Positions 12,420 to 28,412 are shown, counted from the first letter of the stretch. The stretch is 64,000 bases of DNA from Octopus vulgaris (GCA_951406725.2 OX597836.1:41788001-41852000), one strand, 5' to 3'. The notes: generated by a model not told the origin, from the sequence alone. Made by a program: numbers and translations.

Positions 12420-12555
12420 AACTTGAGTGGACTGGAGCAACGTGAAATGAAGTTTTTTTGCTCAAAAACACAACGCGTCGCCCGATCCAGGAATCGAAAC
12501 CACAATCTTACGATCATGATGCTGACACCCTAACCACTAAGCCACGCGTCTCCAC
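12420..12555 (-). mobile_element. SINE-D (tRNA head ggaggcgcgtggcttagtggttag); further copies ~20866-21170(+), ~43480-43725(-), ~51350-51480(-), ~60985-61210(-)
   Basis: A/B boxes followed by tgtgttcttgagcaa...ttgctccagtccactcag central domain. Confidence 0.8.
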
Positions 12556-12874
12556 AGATTATGAAGTAATACATGATTAATTCAAAATAATGTGGATATA
12601 TATGCATTATAGTTGATGTATTAATCTGCGGGAAACCGGCCCTTATAAGTCGACATGACTCGAGAAAGAATCTTATTTTTTTACCTTACTCCAGTGTTTT
12701 CCAACCCTTATTTTTTTGTGTCCATGGACGCTTGTGATCCCTATTTTACCTTATTGGTCCCTTATAGCCATTCGATGTTTAGAAAAATCCTCTTATATTT
12801 ATATAATGATATTATTAGCAACTGTATAAAACAGGAATGTGTTAGAATATTTTACGTATTGCAGAAGCATACTC

Positions 12875-13072
12875 TTTACTTGTTTCAGTCAGTCATTTGA
12901 CTGCGGTCATGCTGGAGCACAACCTTTAAACGAGGAAATCGACCCCAGGTCTTATTCTTTGTAAGCCTAGTACTTATTTTATGGGTCGCTTTTGCCGAAC
13001 CGCTAAGTTACGGGGAGGTAAACACACCAGCATCGGTTGACAAGCGATGTTGGGGGGACAAACACAGACACA

Positions 13073-13115
<43 letters not shown>

Positions 13116-13615
13116 GCGCGCACACACACACAGACACACACACACACACACACGCACACACACACACATATATATATATACATACAAAAGGCGGCGAGCT
13201 GGCAGAAACGTTAGCACGCCGGGCGAAATGCTTTGTGGTATTTCGTCTGTCGTTACGTTCTGAGTTCAAATTCCGCCGAGCTCGACTTTGCCTTTCATCC
13301 TTCCGGGGTCGATAAATAAAGTACCAGTTTCGCACTGGGGTCGATGTAATCGGCTTAATCCGTTTGTCTGTCCTTGTTTGTCCCCTCTATGTTTAGCCCC
13401 TTGTGCGTAATAGAGAAATATATATATATATATACATACATATACATATATACGACGGGCTTCTTTCAGTTTCCGTCTACCAAATCCACTCACAAGGCTT
13501 TGGTCGGCCCGAGGCTATAGTAGAAGACACTTGCCCAAGGTGCCACGCAGTGGGACTGAACCCAGAACCATGTGGTTGGTAAGCAAGCTACTTACCACAC
13601 AGCCACTCCTGCATC
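12875..13615 (-). mobile_element. SINE-B with a nested SINE-A (13189-13420, +) in its internal microsatellite
   Basis: Head gcaggagtggctgtgtggtaag, CORE-like ccttgggcaagtgtc, internal (TA)/(TG)n, tail gctccagcatgaccgcagtcaaatgactga. Confidence 0.88.
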
Positions 13616-14175
13616 TATGCATAAGCAATTTATTGCATGTAATTTGTAACAACAAAATCTGATATGGAGGCCCAAGTCCCGTACGGGCCCCTGTAGAGAA
13701 CCACTTTGATGGACAGACAAGCAAACAGTGGAAGGCGGACAATCAACGAATAACGTGAGAGGATTTAAACAGTAAAGAACCAACATTGAACTGATGGTTT
13801 GATTCACCGAGAGAATTTCTTTTGCCATCACACCACAAGGGGGCGCCTACGACCAGCTCACATTGAATAGCAACAAGAAAAATAAGAAATACAAGAGAAA
13901 GCAAAAACACACACACACACACAAAATGACGATACCAAATACAAAAAACAAAGCCACAAAAACAACAACGACAGCAAAAAAAAAAAACGAGAGAATTCCA
14001 AAATGGCGCTTGCAGCTTCCGGTATAAAAGAATATTTCTTTTGTTTGTCAAACGGAGATGAGAGTCTTCTGTATTCATGTTGAAACTGGCCTTCGTCATA
14101 AAAACATAAAAATAAAAACAAATATTGATTAATCTATTTTGTTATTGATGTTTTTTTTTTCCTTTCGATTAGAGC

Positions 14176-14210
<35 letters not shown>

Positions 14211-14378
14211 AGAACGAAAATGAATAAATAAATTAAAATGGAATAAAAATCTAAGAAAGGTAAAAATCGAAGAAGAAGAAGAAGAAGAAGAAGAAGAAGA
14301 AGAAGAAGAAGAAGAAGAAGAAGAAGAAGAAGAAGAAGAAGAAGAAGAAGAAGAAGAAGAAGAAGAAGAAGAAGAAGA
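14176..14378. repeat. (CAA)n and (GAA)n trinucleotide tracts
   Basis: Direct reading. Confidence 0.97.
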
Positions 14379-14729
14379 GAATATTTCTGTTCTGCTCCTG
14401 AGGCGGTGTTTGAACGTGACAAACTGTTATTTAGCGTTACTACGTGAGTGTTGGCTATGGAAGCAGCTAACAGGTACGGAGGCACGATAGGGGACAATGA
14501 GTCTCCTCGCTGTAACGGTTTGGATGTGATCGAAGATAGTCAGGGAGAGAGGGAGGGAGGGAGGAAAGGAGGGAGGACAGGAGGAGAAAAAGAAAGGGGG
14601 AGAGAGAGAGAGGGGAGAGGGAGATGGGAGAGAGAGAGAGACAGGTGGATAGATAGAATGACATATATATATATATGTGTGTGTGTGTGTACGTATATAT
14701 GCATATATGCATATATACATATATATATG

Positions 14730-14760
<31 letters not shown>

Positions 14761-15040
14761 GACTGTGTGTGTGTGTGTGTGTGTGTGCGTGTATATGTAT
14801 GTGCATGCGCATTTATGTATAATTGTCTATTTAAATATTTATATGCTTTATACACATACAGATAGATAGAGAGAAAGCGAGAAAGAGAGAGCGAAAGAAA
14901 GAGAGAGCGAAAGAAAGAGAGAGAAAGAGAGAAAGAAAGAGAGAGAGAGAGAAACAGAGACACAGACAGGAAGACATAATATCGTGGTCACATTCTTTTG
15001 TTGTCATTTTATTATTATAATTATATATATATATATATAT

Positions 15041-15422
15041 AGGCGCAGGAGTGGCTGTGTGGTAAGTAGCTTGCTTATCAACCACATGGTTCCGGGTTCA
15101 GTCCCACTGCGTGGCACCTTGGGCAAGTGTCTTCTACTATAGCCTCGGGCCGACCAAAGCCTTGTGAGTGGATTTGGTAGACGGAAACTGAAAGAATCCC
15201 GTCGTATATATGTATATATATATGTGAGTGCGTGTATGTTTGTGTGTTTGTCCCCCTAGCATTGCTTGACAACCGATGCTGTTGTGTTTATGTCCCCGTT
15301 ACTAAGCGGTTCGGCAAAAGAGACCGATAAAATAAGTACTGGGCTTGAAGGCGGTGCTCCAGCATGGCCGCAGTCAAATGACTGAAACAAGTAAAAGAGT
15401 AAAAGAGTAAAAGAGTAAAAGA
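15041..15422 (+). mobile_element. Near full-length SINE-B with (gagtaaaa)n tail; other copies ~25345-25762(-), ~54288-54752(+), ~59060-59700(-, fragments)
   Basis: Head, core, internal microsatellite and tail all present. Confidence 0.9.
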
Positions 15423-15439
15423 GATATATATACACACAT

Positions 15440-15950
<511 letters not shown>

Positions 15951-15965
15951 TAGATAGATAGATAA

Positions 15966-16469
15966 GTTTCTTTATTGGCCACACAGGGCTGCACACAGAT
16001 GGGACAAGTTACAAGGTAGAGCTTTTCTTTTGGGGGATGAAGAGAACAAAAAAAAAGGGGTGGCGTAGGTTTTCGATCAAGAGGGATCGTAAAAGGGAAG
16101 AAAAGAACAAAAACAAAAAAAAATTGAATAAAATAAAAAGAATAAAGAGAAAAAAAAGGAAAGGAAAAGGAACAAAAGGAAAGAGAAATGAAAAAAGAAG
16201 AGAAAAGGGGAAAAAAAGGGGAAGAGGAAAAAAAGAACGATCAATAGGGATCGTGTATCACAGTGTTATGATATATGGTGTAAAGGGGAAAGCAAGTAAG
16301 GTTTATCCGTGGGAAGAAAAGCTTACGAAAAAGACCACGGTAACCTTGGTCAATATTGTTATATGTTACCACATTTGTTTGCAAGTGGGTAACCTTCTGT
16401 TTTCAATTTCTGGGTTCATAGGATCATGGTCAAGGTGGCTTCGTCATTCATACGTGCCATCCTTGCTAC
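15966..16469 (-). mobile_element. LINE 3' end (probably L1/Tx1) inserted in (GATA)n
   Basis: Minus strand ends an ORF with ARMARMNDEATLTMIL*, then pyrimidine-rich UTR and aataaa; GATA arrays on both sides. Clade assignment is recollection, not a search result. Confidence 0.65.
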
Positions 16470-16563
<94 letters not shown>

Positions 16564-16591
16564 CGATAGATAGATAGATAGATAGACAGAG

Positions 16592-16702
<111 letters not shown>

Positions 16703-16720
16703 ATAGATAGACAGAGAGAT

Positions 16721-16847
<127 letters not shown>

Positions 16848-17156
16848 CAGAGATAAGCATTAACAAGGAGAAAAAGGGTGACGGGAGTAGAGAGCTGGGA
16901 TAATTTGGTAAGTTCAGTTAGGTGTTCAGAGACAGGCCAAACCCGTAGCCTTCTCGTAATATATTGTCTCAGTAATGAGTTTGTTCCATTCTTTATTTAT
17001 CGCCTCTGCCACAACTGCAAAAGACTACAGATTCCATAAAAATGGCAGCGCCGATGATGATGATGATGCTGATGATGGGTGTGGTGGTGGCAGGAAGAGA
17101 AGTAGAGGTAGTGGTGTCGTAGGGAGACTGTTTAATGTGAGTGTGTATGTGTGTGC

Positions 17157-17209
<53 letters not shown>

Positions 17210-17337
17210 TGTGTGTGTGCGTGAGTGTGTGTGTGTGTGCGCGCGTGTGTGTTTGTGTGTGATGGATTAAAATGATAAACGAGACAAAGAATTCGATAAT
17301 TAATAAGGTTTGACACCTCCCCATCCCACGTACACAC

Positions 17338-18920
<1,583 letters not shown>

Positions 18921-19148
18921 CCCCCAGCAATACCACCCACCCGTTTCTGTCTTTCACACCACAAATTAATTAAATTTTTATATAATTTATTGCCACCCGG
19001 AACTATTTCAGTTATCTCCAAGGTAACAGAAACTTTTATATTTATATTTATATCATATTTTATCGTTTATTTTCCAATCTCCCATTAAGATCACACACGA
19101 CATATATTTTACGTACAGAATGTTACATACATACGCATGCTCACAGGG

Positions 19149-19179
<31 letters not shown>

Positions 19180-19714
19180 CACGGGTGCATGTGCATACAT
19201 AGAAGCTATATATAACCAGTGCGCGTGTCTTATTGGCAAAATGACCTCCTCAATGGACACCACAAATACGCATTCCCACACTTGCAATAAGACACGCATA
19301 CAGACGCACACGCACACATACACATACTTACACACACATACACACATAAACACACATACACACATACATACATACATACATACATACATACATACATGCA
19401 TACATACATACACACATACACACATACATACACACACATACATACATACATGCATGCATACATACATCCATCCATCCATCCATCCGTCCATCCACACATA
19501 CATACATTCATACATACATACATACATACATACATCCATCCATACATACGTACGTACGTACATACATACATACATACGTACGAACGTATGTACGTGTGTG
19601 TGTATGTATGTATGTCATTTTTAGTTTTATTTCAAGATTTCTTGCCAATAATGAGCCGGTTTCTAGCCTAGATCCAAGGCTCCTTCATTGGCATTTAAAC
19701 AGCAACAGGGTATT

Positions 19715-20865
19715 TCTGTATGTATGTACGTAGTATGTATGTATGTATGTATGTATGTATGTATGTATGTATGTATGTATGTATGTATGTATGTATGTAT
19801 GTATGCATGCATGCATGTATGTATGTATGTATGTATGTATGTATGTATTTATGTACGTACGTACGTACGTACGTATGTATGTATGTATGTATGTGTGTGT
19901 ATGTATGTATGTATGCATGCATGTATGTATGTATGTATGTATGTATGTATGTATGTATGTATGTATGTATGTATGTATGTATGTATGTATGTATGTGTGT
20001 GTATGTATGTATGAATGTATGTATGTAGGTAGGTAGGTATTTATGTATGCATGTATGTATGTTTGTATGTATGTATGTATGTATGTATGTATGTATGTAT
20101 GTATGTATGTATGTATGCATGCATGTATGTATGTATGTATGTATGTATGTATGAATGTATGTATGTATGTATGCATGCATGTATGTATGTATGTATGTAT
20201 GTATGAATGTATTATGTATGTATGTATGTATGTATGTTTGTATGTATGTATGTATGTATGCATGCATGTATGTATGTATGTATGTATGTATGCATGCATG
20301 TATGTATGTATGTATGCATGCATGTATGTATGTATGTATGCATGCATGTATGTATGTATGTATGTATGTATGTGTATGTATGTATGTATGTATGTATGTA
20401 TGTATGTATGTGTGTGTATGTATGTATGAATGTATGTATGTAGGTAGGTAGGTATTTATGTATGCATGTATGTATGTTTGTATGTATGTATGCATGCATG
20501 TATGTATGTTTGTATCTATGTATGTATGTATGTATTTATGTATGTATGTATGAATGTATGTATGTATGTATGTATGCATGCATGTATGTATGTATGTATG
20601 TATGTATGTATGTATGTATGTATGTATGTATGTATGTATGTTTGTATGTATGTATGTATGTATGAATGTATGTATGTATGTATGTATGTATGTATGCATG
20701 CATGTATGTATGTATGTATGTATGTATGAATGTATGTATGTATGTATGTATGTATGTTTGTATGTATGTATGTATGTATGAATGTATGTATGTATGTATG
20801 TATGTATGTTTGTATGTATGTATGTATGTATGAATGTATGTATGTATGTATGTATGTATGTATGT
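19715..20865. repeat. (TATG)n tract; similar tracts at 21171-21362 and 57498-58010
   Basis: Direct reading. Confidence 0.97.
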
Positions 20866-21559
20866 GAAGGCGTGTGGCTTAGTGATTAGAGCATTAGGTT
20901 CACGATTGTAAGGTCGTGAGTTCAATTCCCGGCGACGAGTTGTGTCCTTGGGTAAGACAATTTATTCCACTTTGCTCCAGTCCACTCAGTTGGCAAAAAT
21001 GAGTTGTACCCGTAATTCAAAAGGACCTGCCTTGTCACACTCTGTGTGCCGCTGAATCCCCCCGAGAACTAGGTTAAGGGTTCACGTGTCTGTGGAGTGC
21101 TCAGCCACTTGGACGTTAATTTTACGTGCAAGCTGTTCTGTTGATCGTATCAGCTGAGACCCTCGTCGTCGTATGTATGTATGTATGTATGTATGTATGT
21201 ATGTATGTATGTATGTATGTATGTATGTATGTATGTGTGTGTATGTGTGTGTGTATGTATGTATGTATGTTTGTATGTATGTATGTATGTATGTATGTAT
21301 GTGTGTGTGTATGTGTGTGTGTATGTATGTATGAATGTATGTATGTATGTATGTATGTATGTGATATATATTTGTGATATACACACACATATGCACGGTG
21401 CGACAAGTAGTTGAGGACATACACAGATATAACAGAAGTAAATAAACACCCTATAAAACATCATTTTATGTCTATTTAACTTGAAAAGGTTTATATTTTT
21501 TATTAATGGACATTTTTCTGTTTCAGGTTCTATATGTGACTGTTTAATCATTCCAGGTA

Positions 21560-22545
21560 CCAAAGAAGCCTTGGAACTGTCTAAATTTCAAAGAGGCCGT
21601 ATTGGGTCAATCTGAAGGCGGACTTAGCGTTATCTCACAGAGAACCTTGAGATCCCGATTTCTACAGTTAATAGGGTGATTGTACAATTCACCAGAGAGG
21701 AAAGGAGTCCATATATATTTCTTTACTACCCACAAGGGGCTAAACACAGAGGGAATAAACAAGGACAGACAAACGGATTAAGTCGATTACATCGACCCCA
21801 GTGCATAGCTGGTACATAATTTATCGACCCCGAAAGGATGAAAGGCAAAGTCGACCTCGGTGGCATTTGAACTCAGAACGTAACGGCAGACGAAATACCG
21901 CAAAGTATTTCGCCTGGCGTGCTAACGATTCTGCCAGCTCGCTGCCTTAAGAGTCCATATCGCCATGCCCAGGTCGGCCAGGGCACTCTGACAGGACCCT
22001 TTGCTTTGTTAAGTGAAGTGTGGAGGATAATCCTCATTTCAATGTCTCTGACATAGCCGAACAAGTTGTCAGGTATCTCCAAAAACTTGGTTACTATGGC
22101 AAAGCAGCAAGAAGGAAGCCACTTCTTCAACCAGCCAAAATCAAGTGGAGAAAAGATTGGGCCAATGAGATGATGGAATGGCCACTAGCATTTTGAGACA
22201 CTGTCATGTTGTTTGATGAGTCTGGATTTGCTGTATTTTCTGACAGTGGTCGAGTGTGGTTCTGGAGACTGTGATCAAGAATTTGATGTGAAAAGAATGC
22301 AGCCAGCAATGAAAAATAGTGGCTATTCTATAATTGTCTGGGGAGCAATTTTGAGCAATGGTCAATCAGATCTGGTGGAGTATGATGGAAACAAAAACTC
22401 AGATAAATGTGTGTTCATATTGCAGAAAGGACTCTTTCCAGTCTTCTCCAATGGCGAATGATTAAAGAAGACTCTTTATTTATGGAAGATGAGGCTCCTT
22501 GTCACATGGCTATAAAGAGCCAAGATTAGTTGGAAAAGAATAGCG
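21560..22545 (+). pseudogene. Tc1-like transposase pseudogene interrupted by SINE-A (21714-21947, -)
   Basis: ELSKFQRGRI...IPISTVNRVI (HTH), PGRP, DTVMLFDESGF, SIIVWGAI, FMEDEAPCH; stops and frameshifts; SINE flanked by gagtccatat duplication. Confidence 0.88.
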
Positions 22546-22895
22546 TTAAATTCTATATCTCTTTTAGAGAATTATTATTGCTGTCGAACAGATTTTCGAA
22601 ATCAGCAAATGTATTTTGCTTGAAAATCTATATATGAATATCCTGCAGAGTGAGATTTCGTCGAGGAAGCGGAGGCCTACCACACGTTGACGATAGGCAA
22701 TACACCTTGAAACCATGGTCCGTGTGTGGTTTCCGCTTCATCGGGGAATTATCTCCCTTTGCAGGTTAAAGGACACCGTGACGGTGTCAAGCCTATCTGG
22801 CGACGTCGATGTTCGCCTGGGGCTAAATGCAACAGTAACACCCCCACCACCCTGCCCTGTCCCTAGCCATATTCAGGTGGCTTTAGTCCCTTATG

Positions 22896-22992
<97 letters not shown>

Positions 22993-23222
22993 AGAGTAAC
23001 CACTATGTGGTCGACTCTAGCACTAAAAATAGATCCGCTAGGTTTCAGCCACAAAGAATTGTTTCCGATGAAAGTTAGCACGACTATATATATATGAATA
23101 AATAAATGGAGTTTAACGCAGGTGTAAATAAAATATTTTTACTTTCAACACATGTTTCGAAAATTCCACTGATACTATTTATTTTTCCCATGTTAATTGT
23201 TAACAAGGTAAAAATACACTCA

Positions 23223-23369
<147 letters not shown>

Positions 23370-23928
23370 ATGTATGTATGTATGTATTTGTGTGTCTGCG
23401 TTTGTCCATCCACCATCGCTTAGCAACCGATGTTGGTGTGTTTACGCCACCGTAATTTAGCGGATCGGCAAAAAAGACTTGCAGAATGAGTACTAGGCTT
23501 ACAAAGAAATAAGTCCCGGGGTCGATTTGTTCGACTAAAGACGATGCTCCAGCAAGGCCGTAATCAAATGACTGAAACAAGTAAAAGATTATTATGTGTG
23601 TGTATGTATATGTGCAAACGATTCGTTGTGAAAGTATGTGCGTATGAACGTGCATGTGTGTGTGTGTGTGCACCGTATGTGTGTGTGGTTTCCATGTGAG
23701 TATGTGTATGTAGATTACTCGATATGTATATGTACGCGCACGCGTAACAGGTAATATGTGAGTGTGTAGGTGTGTGCGTGCGAATATGTGTGTGTGTGCG
23801 TATGTGTGTGTATTGTATTGTGGTGTGTTGTGTAAGTCGAATAGAGCTGAATCGGGTTCTTTTTTGTGATGTCTTTTTATGTGTGTATGAGTATGTGAAA
23901 TAGCATGTGTATGCGTTAGTAGTCATTC

Positions 23929-23979
<51 letters not shown>

Positions 23980-24710
23980 CGTGTGTGTGTTTATTGTGTT
24001 TGTTTTCAAGCGTATATTTGTCTATGCCGTGTGTATATGTACGACTTACATAATATGTTAAAATAATCGGGTTAACGTGTGAGCGTGGGTGTTGTGTGTG
24101 TGTGTATGTGTGTATGAGTGTGTGTTGTATGTGTGTACGCGTGTGTGTGTGTGTACGTGTGTGTGTGTGTAAGAGTGTGAGTGTTTTTGCGTGTGTGTAC
24201 ACGCGTGTGTGTGTGTACGCACGTGTGCGTACGCGTGTGTGTGTGTAAGAGTGTTTGTGTATGTGTTTGTGTATGAGTGTGTGTTGTGTGTTTGTTGTGT
24301 GTATGTACGTGCGTGTGTGTGTGTTTGTGTATGAGTGAGTGCGTGTGTGTCTGTATTCATGTATGGGTGTGTGTACAGATGTGTATGTGTGTGCAAGAGT
24401 GCATGTGTTTGTCTTTGTGTATGAGTGTGCGTGTGTCGTGCGTGTGTACGCGCGAGCGTTGTGTATAAGTGTGTGCGTGTGTCTGTGTATGAGTGTGCGC
24501 GTGTGTGTGTATGTGTCTGTGTATTTGTGTATGAGTGTGTGTGTGTGTTTCCACGGAAAATAGCGTTGTCAGGGTCGGATTATCGCACCGTGCGAGACTT
24601 GCAATGGTGTAAGAATGTACAAGGTATACTAAATAATAATAGTATTAGCTTACATGGGTGTGAATGTGTGTATGTATGCGTAGGCCGGGTTTGATATATA
24701 TATATATATT

Positions 24711-24920
24711 TAGTTAATCCAAACAAGAAAGCACAAAAAAAAAAACACAACAACGCGAGGACGTGGAACATATATAGTATTATTGGACGCTCAGGAAAGA
24801 AGGGAAGAAGGAGGGTCTAACGTTTCGAGCGGAGCTCTTCGTCGGAAACATGGGAGGAGGAAAGATCCAGAGAAGGGAAGACAGAGGAAAAAAAATCGCC
24901 AACGGTACACACGAGATCAC
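24711..24920 (-). mobile_element. Short TA-flanked element with hammerhead motif at 24815-24849
   Basis: GUUU-CCGACGA-A-GAGC(UCC)GCUC-GAAA-CG-UU-AGAC; same family as 15440 and 52310. Confidence 0.72.
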
Positions 24921-25568
24921 ATATATATATATATGTACATATATGTGTGTATGTATTTTGATAAGCAGGTGTTTGTGGATGTACGCCTGACCGTGGGTAT
25001 GTGTCTATGTGTGTATATGTTCGTGCGTAAGACTTTCCATGGCGGTTGGCGTGCGTGGGCTGTAAATATCGGACGTGATTGTTTTTAGCGGAGAGTGGGT
25101 GCTAGTGGGCTGTGGTGTTAATTTATAGATAAGAATTACGATGTTTCTGCGATGAAAATATATTGTTAAGTCCATATTGTCCAGAGGAAATAAGTTGTTT
25201 CGCGTGGGTGGACATATTTATGGGGAGTTTAATGTGTGTGTGTGTGTGTGTTGGCGTATATAGGTGAGTATTTATGTATACCGTTGTATCCATTCTGTGG
25301 TGCTGTCATATTAAAATGCTTTCGATATGATATATATATATATATTCTTTACTCTTTACTCTTTTGTTTGCTTCAGTCCTTTGACTGCGGCCATGCTGGA
25401 GCACCGCCTTTAATCGAGCAACTCGACGCCGGGACTTATTCTTTGTAAGCCCAGTACTTATTCTATCGGTCTCTATTGCCGAACCACTAAGTGACGGAGA
25501 CATAAACACACCAGCATCGGTTGTCAAGCAATGCTTGGGGTACAAACACAGACACACAAACATACACG

Positions 25569-25606
<38 letters not shown>

Positions 25607-26126
25607 CATATATACGACGGACTTCTTTCAGTTTCCGCCTACCAAATCCACTCACAAGGCTTTGGTCGGCCCGAGGCTATAGTAGAAGACACTTGCCCAA
25701 GGTGCCACGCAGTGGGACTGAACCCGGAACCATGCTACTTACCACCCAGCCACTCCTGCGCCTATATATATATATATATATATGCTGAGTAATGATATAT
25801 CTTAATAATATTTTATTCTCTGATTTGAAGTGATAATTTTTAATTTCAAAGCCTTTCGTGTTTGCTTACAAATGACCGCGGCCGCATGACTGAAACTATT
25901 GCTTTGCGGGAAGGACTACTTCAACGAAGTTGCATCTTGTCCTTACCTTCATAACGCGGAGTAGATGAAACAGGGACAACAGAAGAAGGGGAATATTCCT
26001 TGTGTTGTATGTCTCGTTTCTCTGTTTTTTCCTTGTTTGAAAAAAAGTTCGTTTCTATGTTTTTTTTTTGTGTTTTCGTTTCTCATTGTGTTCAACGTGT
26101 TTTCTATGTCCTGTACCCTTATACAC

Positions 26127-26193
<67 letters not shown>

Positions 26194-26289
26194 GATATGT
26201 ACATACATGTATGTATATAAGCATATATTTATATATTATTTATATTATTATATGATCGAACGCCATGCATAATTTTCCATGTAAGTTAT

Positions 26290-26347
<58 letters not shown>

Positions 26348-26544
26348 GTCAAACGATGAAATGAGTGCTCAATACCGCATTGGGATTTGCCAAAATGGAG
26401 GGGAACGCCTTTCTCTGTGTGCTCGGTTTGAAAAATTGGTAGGACACGGATATTTTCCTACCTTTTTTAACAGCCTTAATTCACAAATAAAGAATATATG
26501 TGTGTGTTTGTCTCTGTGTGTATGTATATGTATGTATGTATATA

Positions 26545-26620
<76 letters not shown>

Positions 26621-26735
26621 GTAGTAGTACAGAAAAGAGGAATTTCGGTTGTCCCCACGTGGTGGATTGTAATGTATATAAGAAAAATAAGAACGGAAAA
26701 TACGCACACTTAAATGGTTATAGTATAATTTTTAA

Positions 26736-26772
26736 TGTATCGACCGGTTTCGCAATCGCTATTCATGATACA
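26736..26772 (-). ncRNA. Minimal hammerhead motif with A3-U8 core
   Basis: UGUAUC-AUGAAUA-GC(GAUU)GC-GAAA-CCGG-UC-GAUACA. Confidence 0.75.
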
Positions 26773-26863
26773 ATGTTTAATTTATATGAAAATATATTTC
26801 TTCTTAAGAAGAAAATGGATCCATGTTGTTTGTAATGAAATTTCTTATTTTTCTTATTTCACT

Positions 26864-26898
<35 letters not shown>

Positions 26899-27582
26899 TG
26901 TTGTAATTCGGGATGGTTCGTCTTTTTTTTTGTCTAATAAACACACGGACTATATATTCGCTCTTCACTCGTTATGTTATGATGAACGTTGTTCTGGTTA
27001 ATTTACTGGAAGCACATTTGTAAATATAACGATGTAGGCTAATAAAATATTTGAAAACTCAAACCAACATTAGTGCAGTCATTGTCTACACTAAAAAGGC
27101 AGGGTAATCTCCATCACATTGAGAACAGTTTAAGATGAATATATGACTAGCTACCGCCACTAAATCTTATTTGTTCATGGGCAGATTTCCATAGTGTGTG
27201 TAATGTATTTGTAGTCGTATTTGTGCCACCGAATTCGTTTATAACTCCTGTTTTACGTGTAAAGCATAAACAATTCTGAATTTGAAACTAATTATATGTA
27301 GTAATAAAGTGGTTAGCTGGCAGAATATTGCGCTCAATATTCATAGAATAATCATAAAAACTTAGTTATAAAAACCTAAGCTTGCACAAATAGTGCTCGA
27401 CCAATCAGTACAGGCTAATTTTTGGTGGAGGTAGCAATCTTCAAAACAGTTTTCGCACCAAACACACTGGATGAAGATTCTAGATGTAACCATAGAATCT
27501 TAGTTATAAATGTTTACATCTACGAGTGGATAAGTGTTTTGGTTTATGCCATTTCTCCATCTGTTTCTGAAGGTCATGATAT

Positions 27583-28412
27583 ATATTTCTTTACTACCCA
27601 CAAGGGGCTAAACACAGAGAGGACCGACAAATGGGTTAAGTCGATTACATCGACCCCAGTGCGTAACTGGTACTTAATGTATCTATCCCGAAAGGATGAA
27701 AGGCAAAGTCGACCTCGGCGGAATTTGAACCCGAACGTAACGACAGACGAAATACAGCTACGCATTTCGCCCGGCGCGCTAACGTTTCTCCCAGCTCGCC
27801 GCCTTCATGATATATTCTGATAATCCTTTCGAGTATTGGCAGAAGGCGTGAAGTTTTGAGGGAGGAGATTAGTCGATTACTTCGATCCTCAGTGTTCAAC
27901 TGGTACTATTCATTTTATCGATCCCGAAAGGATGAAAGGCAAAGTAGACTTTGGTGGAATTTGAACATGGAACGTAAAGATGGACGAAATACTGCTAAGC
28001 ATTTTGCCCGTCTTGCTAACATTTCTTATTTCTTTATTGCCCACAAGGGGCTAAAAATAGAGGGGACAAACAAGGACATCGACCCCAGTGCGTAACTGGT
28101 ACTTATTTATCGACCCCGAAAGGATGAAAGGCAAAGTCGACCTGGGCGGAATTTGAACTCAAAACGTAGCGGCAGACGAAATACCTTTTTCTTTACTACC
28201 CACAAGGGGCTAAACACAGAGGGGACAAACAAGGACAGACAAGCGGATGAAGTCGATTATATCGACCCCAGTGCGTAACTGGTACTTATTTAATCGACCC
28301 CGAAAGGATGGATGGCAAAGTAGACCTTGGTGGAATTTGAACTCAGAACGTAACGGTAGATGAAATACGGCTACGCATTTTTCCCGGCGTGCTAACGATT
28401 CTGCCAACTCGT
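27583..28412 (-). mobile_element. Cluster of SINE-A copies, both tail types, including a dimer
   Basis: Repeated gaaaggatgaaaggcaaagtcgacctcggcggaatttgaac. Confidence 0.88.

Noticed and set aside
13760-13835. miRNA precursor (also ~30735-30790)
   Set aside because: No match to mature miRNAs I know and weak hairpins.
23145-23196. Hammerhead remnant (GAAAA/UUUUC-GAAA-CAUG, minus)
   Set aside because: Core and cleavage triplet are lost; too decayed to call.
25940-26000. Permuted hammerhead-like motif
   Set aside because: Needs several assumed back-mutations and has no NUH site or stem I.
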